From the NCBI GenBank assembly GCA_035515335.1, contig DATJBN010000144.1:1-36553 (forward strand): 36,553 nt of DNA, in the 5' to 3' direction. The notes beneath the pieces are model-generated. The model had not been told where the DNA came from. It searched no databases and saw nothing but the letters and a program-made list of their open reading frames with translations. This stretch comes from Syntrophales bacterium. Lineage in GTDB: Bacteria; Desulfobacterota; Syntrophia; Syntrophales; UBA2185. Of this stretch, positions 34,672 to 36,553 are shown in pieces; the stretch's first letter is position 1; each line of letters begins with the position of its first letter. The translations under genes and the position numbers were made by a program.

Positions 34672-35597
34672 TCAGATTCCTGTGAGCATGTGAGGCGGGA
34701 TACCGTGGCGGGGAATTTCTGACCCGTGTAATGTTCAAACCGCAGGCTCGCATCGATGAGCATGCCGAGGTCAATTCCCGTTTTCAGTCCCGTTTTATGC
34801 AGCATGTTCACTGTGTCTTCCGTTGCGATGTTCCCGCGGGCGCCCACTATGAAAGGACATCCTCCGAGACCTCCGAGAGAAGTATCGAAGATGGAAATCC
34901 CTTCGTTTAGCGCCGCCCAGACATTGGCTAGCCCCAGGCCGCGCGTATTATGAAGATGAAGCGAAAGCGGGACGGCGCCCACGATTCCCCGCACTCTTTT
35001 TAAGAGTTTCTTCATCTGTAAAGGGTTCGCCATGCCGGATGTATCGGCAAGACATATCTCGTCCGGGTTTCTTTTCAAAAAATCCTTCACAAGCTTTATT
35101 ACTTTTGCGGGAGAGACATATCCTTCATAGGCACAGCCGAAGGCGTTCATTACCCCCGTCCTTACACCCACTCCCGCTTCATGCGCCCGGTCCACGAGAT
35201 GAACTGCTTCCCTCATGGCTTCGGCAACGGACATGTTGCTGTTCTTTCTGCTGTGAGTCTCGCTTGCGGACACATAAACGCCCGCCTGCGGAACACCGCA
35301 CCCTATGGCACGATCGAGACCTCTCTCATTCAGTATCAGCGCGGCATAGAGGACGCCCTTCCGCCTCTTGAGTCTGCTCCAGAGTCTTTCCGCATCCGCC
35401 ATCTGCGGCACCAGGCGCGGGTTGACAAAGGATGACACCTCAATACGCCGGACCCCGCAATCAGCCAGCTCATCGATGAGCTTTAATTTCCGATCCGTCG
35501 ATACTATTTTTTTCTCATTCTGGATGCCGTCTCTCAAGACGACTTCATGGATGGTAATCTTTCGCGGGAGGCTGCTTGGCATAAGTCTATCCGCCAT
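34662..35597 (-). CDS. Hydroxymethylglutaryl-CoA lyase
   Basis: LRDGIQNE, SFVNP..VPQMAD, AFGC, LADTSG, HLHNTRG, GGLGGCPF..GA.GNIATED. Confidence 0.92.
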   Translation of the reverse strand: MADRLMPSSLPRKITIHEVVLRDGIQNEKKIVSTDRKLKLIDELADCGVRRIEVSSFVNPRLVPQMADAERLWSRLKRRKGVLYAALILNERGLDRAIGCGVPQAGVYVSASETHSRKNSNMSVAEAMREAVHLVDRAHEAGVGVRTGVMNAFGCAYEGYVSPAKVIKLVKDFLKRNPDEICLADTSGMANPLQMKKLLKRVRGIVGAVPLSLHLHNTRGLGLANVWAALNEGISIFDTSLGGLGGCPFIVGARGNIATEDTVNMLHKTGLKTGIDLGMLIDASLRFEHYTGQKFPATVSRLTCSQESDQL

Positions 35598-35599
35598 GC

Positions 35600-35635
35600 A
35601 AAAAAGAAACAGGGGGAGAATAATTTCTCCCCCTG
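35600..35635 (-). terminator. Rho-independent terminator after the HMGL-like gene
   Basis: Minus strand CAGGGGGAGAA-ATTA-TTCTCCCCCTG followed by TTTCTTTTTT. Confidence 0.75.
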
Positions 35636-35650
35636 CGTCAGTTCACGGTT

Positions 35651-36553
35651 CTATTTTTTTTCCCAGGCTGTGGGACCCCATTTCTCACCGAGAACGGCTT
35701 TGGGAGACCATTCAGGTGGCACAAGCTGCCCGGGCTTCTCGCCCACTTTCTGGATGAGTTTGGCAAGACCGGGACGGGCATGTTCCGGATGCCCTTCCTT
35801 CAATGTCCGGCCGTTGATGATCGCCTCGGAGCGAAGCCTGCGGCCGATGCTCTTCTCCATCTTCCTTCCGAGCACGAGAACGCGGTCCACGTCGTAGCCG
35901 TGCTCGATGCCCAGTTCGTCGATCATCACAAGGAGATCTTCCATCGTAATCAGACCGACATAACGGGGATCGTAGTAGTATTCGCCGGTACCCCTCACCG
36001 GACAGTCGTCGAGGAAATTGGCGGGCTGTCCACCCAGACCGCCGAGGGTTCCTTCGAAACGGGTGATGCCCGCTTGAAGGGCAGCCAGAATCGACGCGGA
36101 TGCGACTCGTTTCGTTTCATGCAGGTGGCAGAGATGCGCATCGGGATTCGGCATAGCGTCCAGCACCATGGAGAAATAGCGATAGACCTGTGCCGCGGAC
36201 GCGGAGCCGTCATGATCGGCATGCTCGATGTCATGCGCGCCGATAGACAGGAAGCGCTTGGTGAATTCCACTGCGTCCTCGAGCTTCGTGGCGCCGGTGA
36301 TGGGACTGCCCCAGATCGTGCTCACCGTACCGCACATCTTCATGTTAAACTCCCGGGCCTTCTTTATACAGCGCTCCGCTTCCTTCCAGTACTGTGTGAG
36401 TGTGGTGCCGGAATTCGCGAAATGGTGCTCCGGATCCGTGGAGACCATCATGAGGATGCGGTCCGGCCCGATTCCTTTCTTCCTGAGCTCAATCGCCGTA
36501 TCGACGGCGGGCTCGCGGATAGTGACAGCGGTCATGACAAGTTCATCGTACTT
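35651..36553 (-). CDS. HMGL-like (DRE-TIM, pyruvate carboxyltransferase family) protein, 5' end outside the window
   Basis: HADHDG, HLHE, EGTLGGLGGQPANF, MEDL. The frame is open to the right edge. Confidence 0.85.
   Translation of the reverse strand, partial: KYDELVMTAVTIREPAVDTAIELRKKGIGPDRILMMVSTDPEHHFANSGTTLTQYWKEAERCIKKAREFNMKMCGTVSTIWGSPITGATKLEDAVEFTKRFLSIGAHDIEHADHDGSASAAQVYRYFSMVLDAMPNPDAHLCHLHETKRVASASILAALQAGITRFEGTLGGLGGQPANFLDDCPVRGTGEYYYDPRYVGLITMEDLLVMIDELGIEHGYDVDRVLVLGRKMEKSIGRRLRSEAIINGRTLKEGHPEHARPGLAKLIQKVGEKPGQLVPPEWSPKAVLGEKWGPTAWEKK

Noticed and set aside
1-36553. Selenocysteine or other stop-codon recoding in the redox enzymes
   Set aside because: The AOR, Fe-S/FAD and molybdoenzyme frames are uninterrupted, and I noticed no TGA at a catalytic Cys position.

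Overview
A 36.5 kb gene-dense chromosomal segment, probably from an anaerobic deltaproteobacterium (Desulfobacterota, Syntrophorhabdus/Syntrophales-like; inferred from gene content only). It holds about 34 protein-coding genes for metabolism and signalling. These include a partial aldehyde:ferredoxin oxidoreductase missing from the ORF track, RNase D, a TPR protein, NudC, a MenG/UbiE-like methyltransferase, an Fe-S/FAD oxidoreductase with a fatty-acyl-reductase-like SDR, PAS/HD-GYP and five-PAS hybrid kinase genes, and PldA with N-terminal Cys repeats. Also present are a eukaryote-type glycogen-debranching glucanotransferase domain, an MBL/enoyl-CoA hydratase/SDR cluster, an IS1 InsA-like remnant, a Mo/W-bisPGD enzyme with a non-canonical Fe-S motif, and two HMGL-family lyases. 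I saw no rRNA, tRNA, CRISPR array, integrase or reverse transcriptase. The best leads are the Fe-S/FAD + reductase + methyltransferase module, the stand-alone GH13_25-like domain, a cluster of four different REP-like palindromes, the atypical molybdoenzyme, and the stand-alone InsA-like gene. All functional calls come from motif recognition by eye, without database searches.
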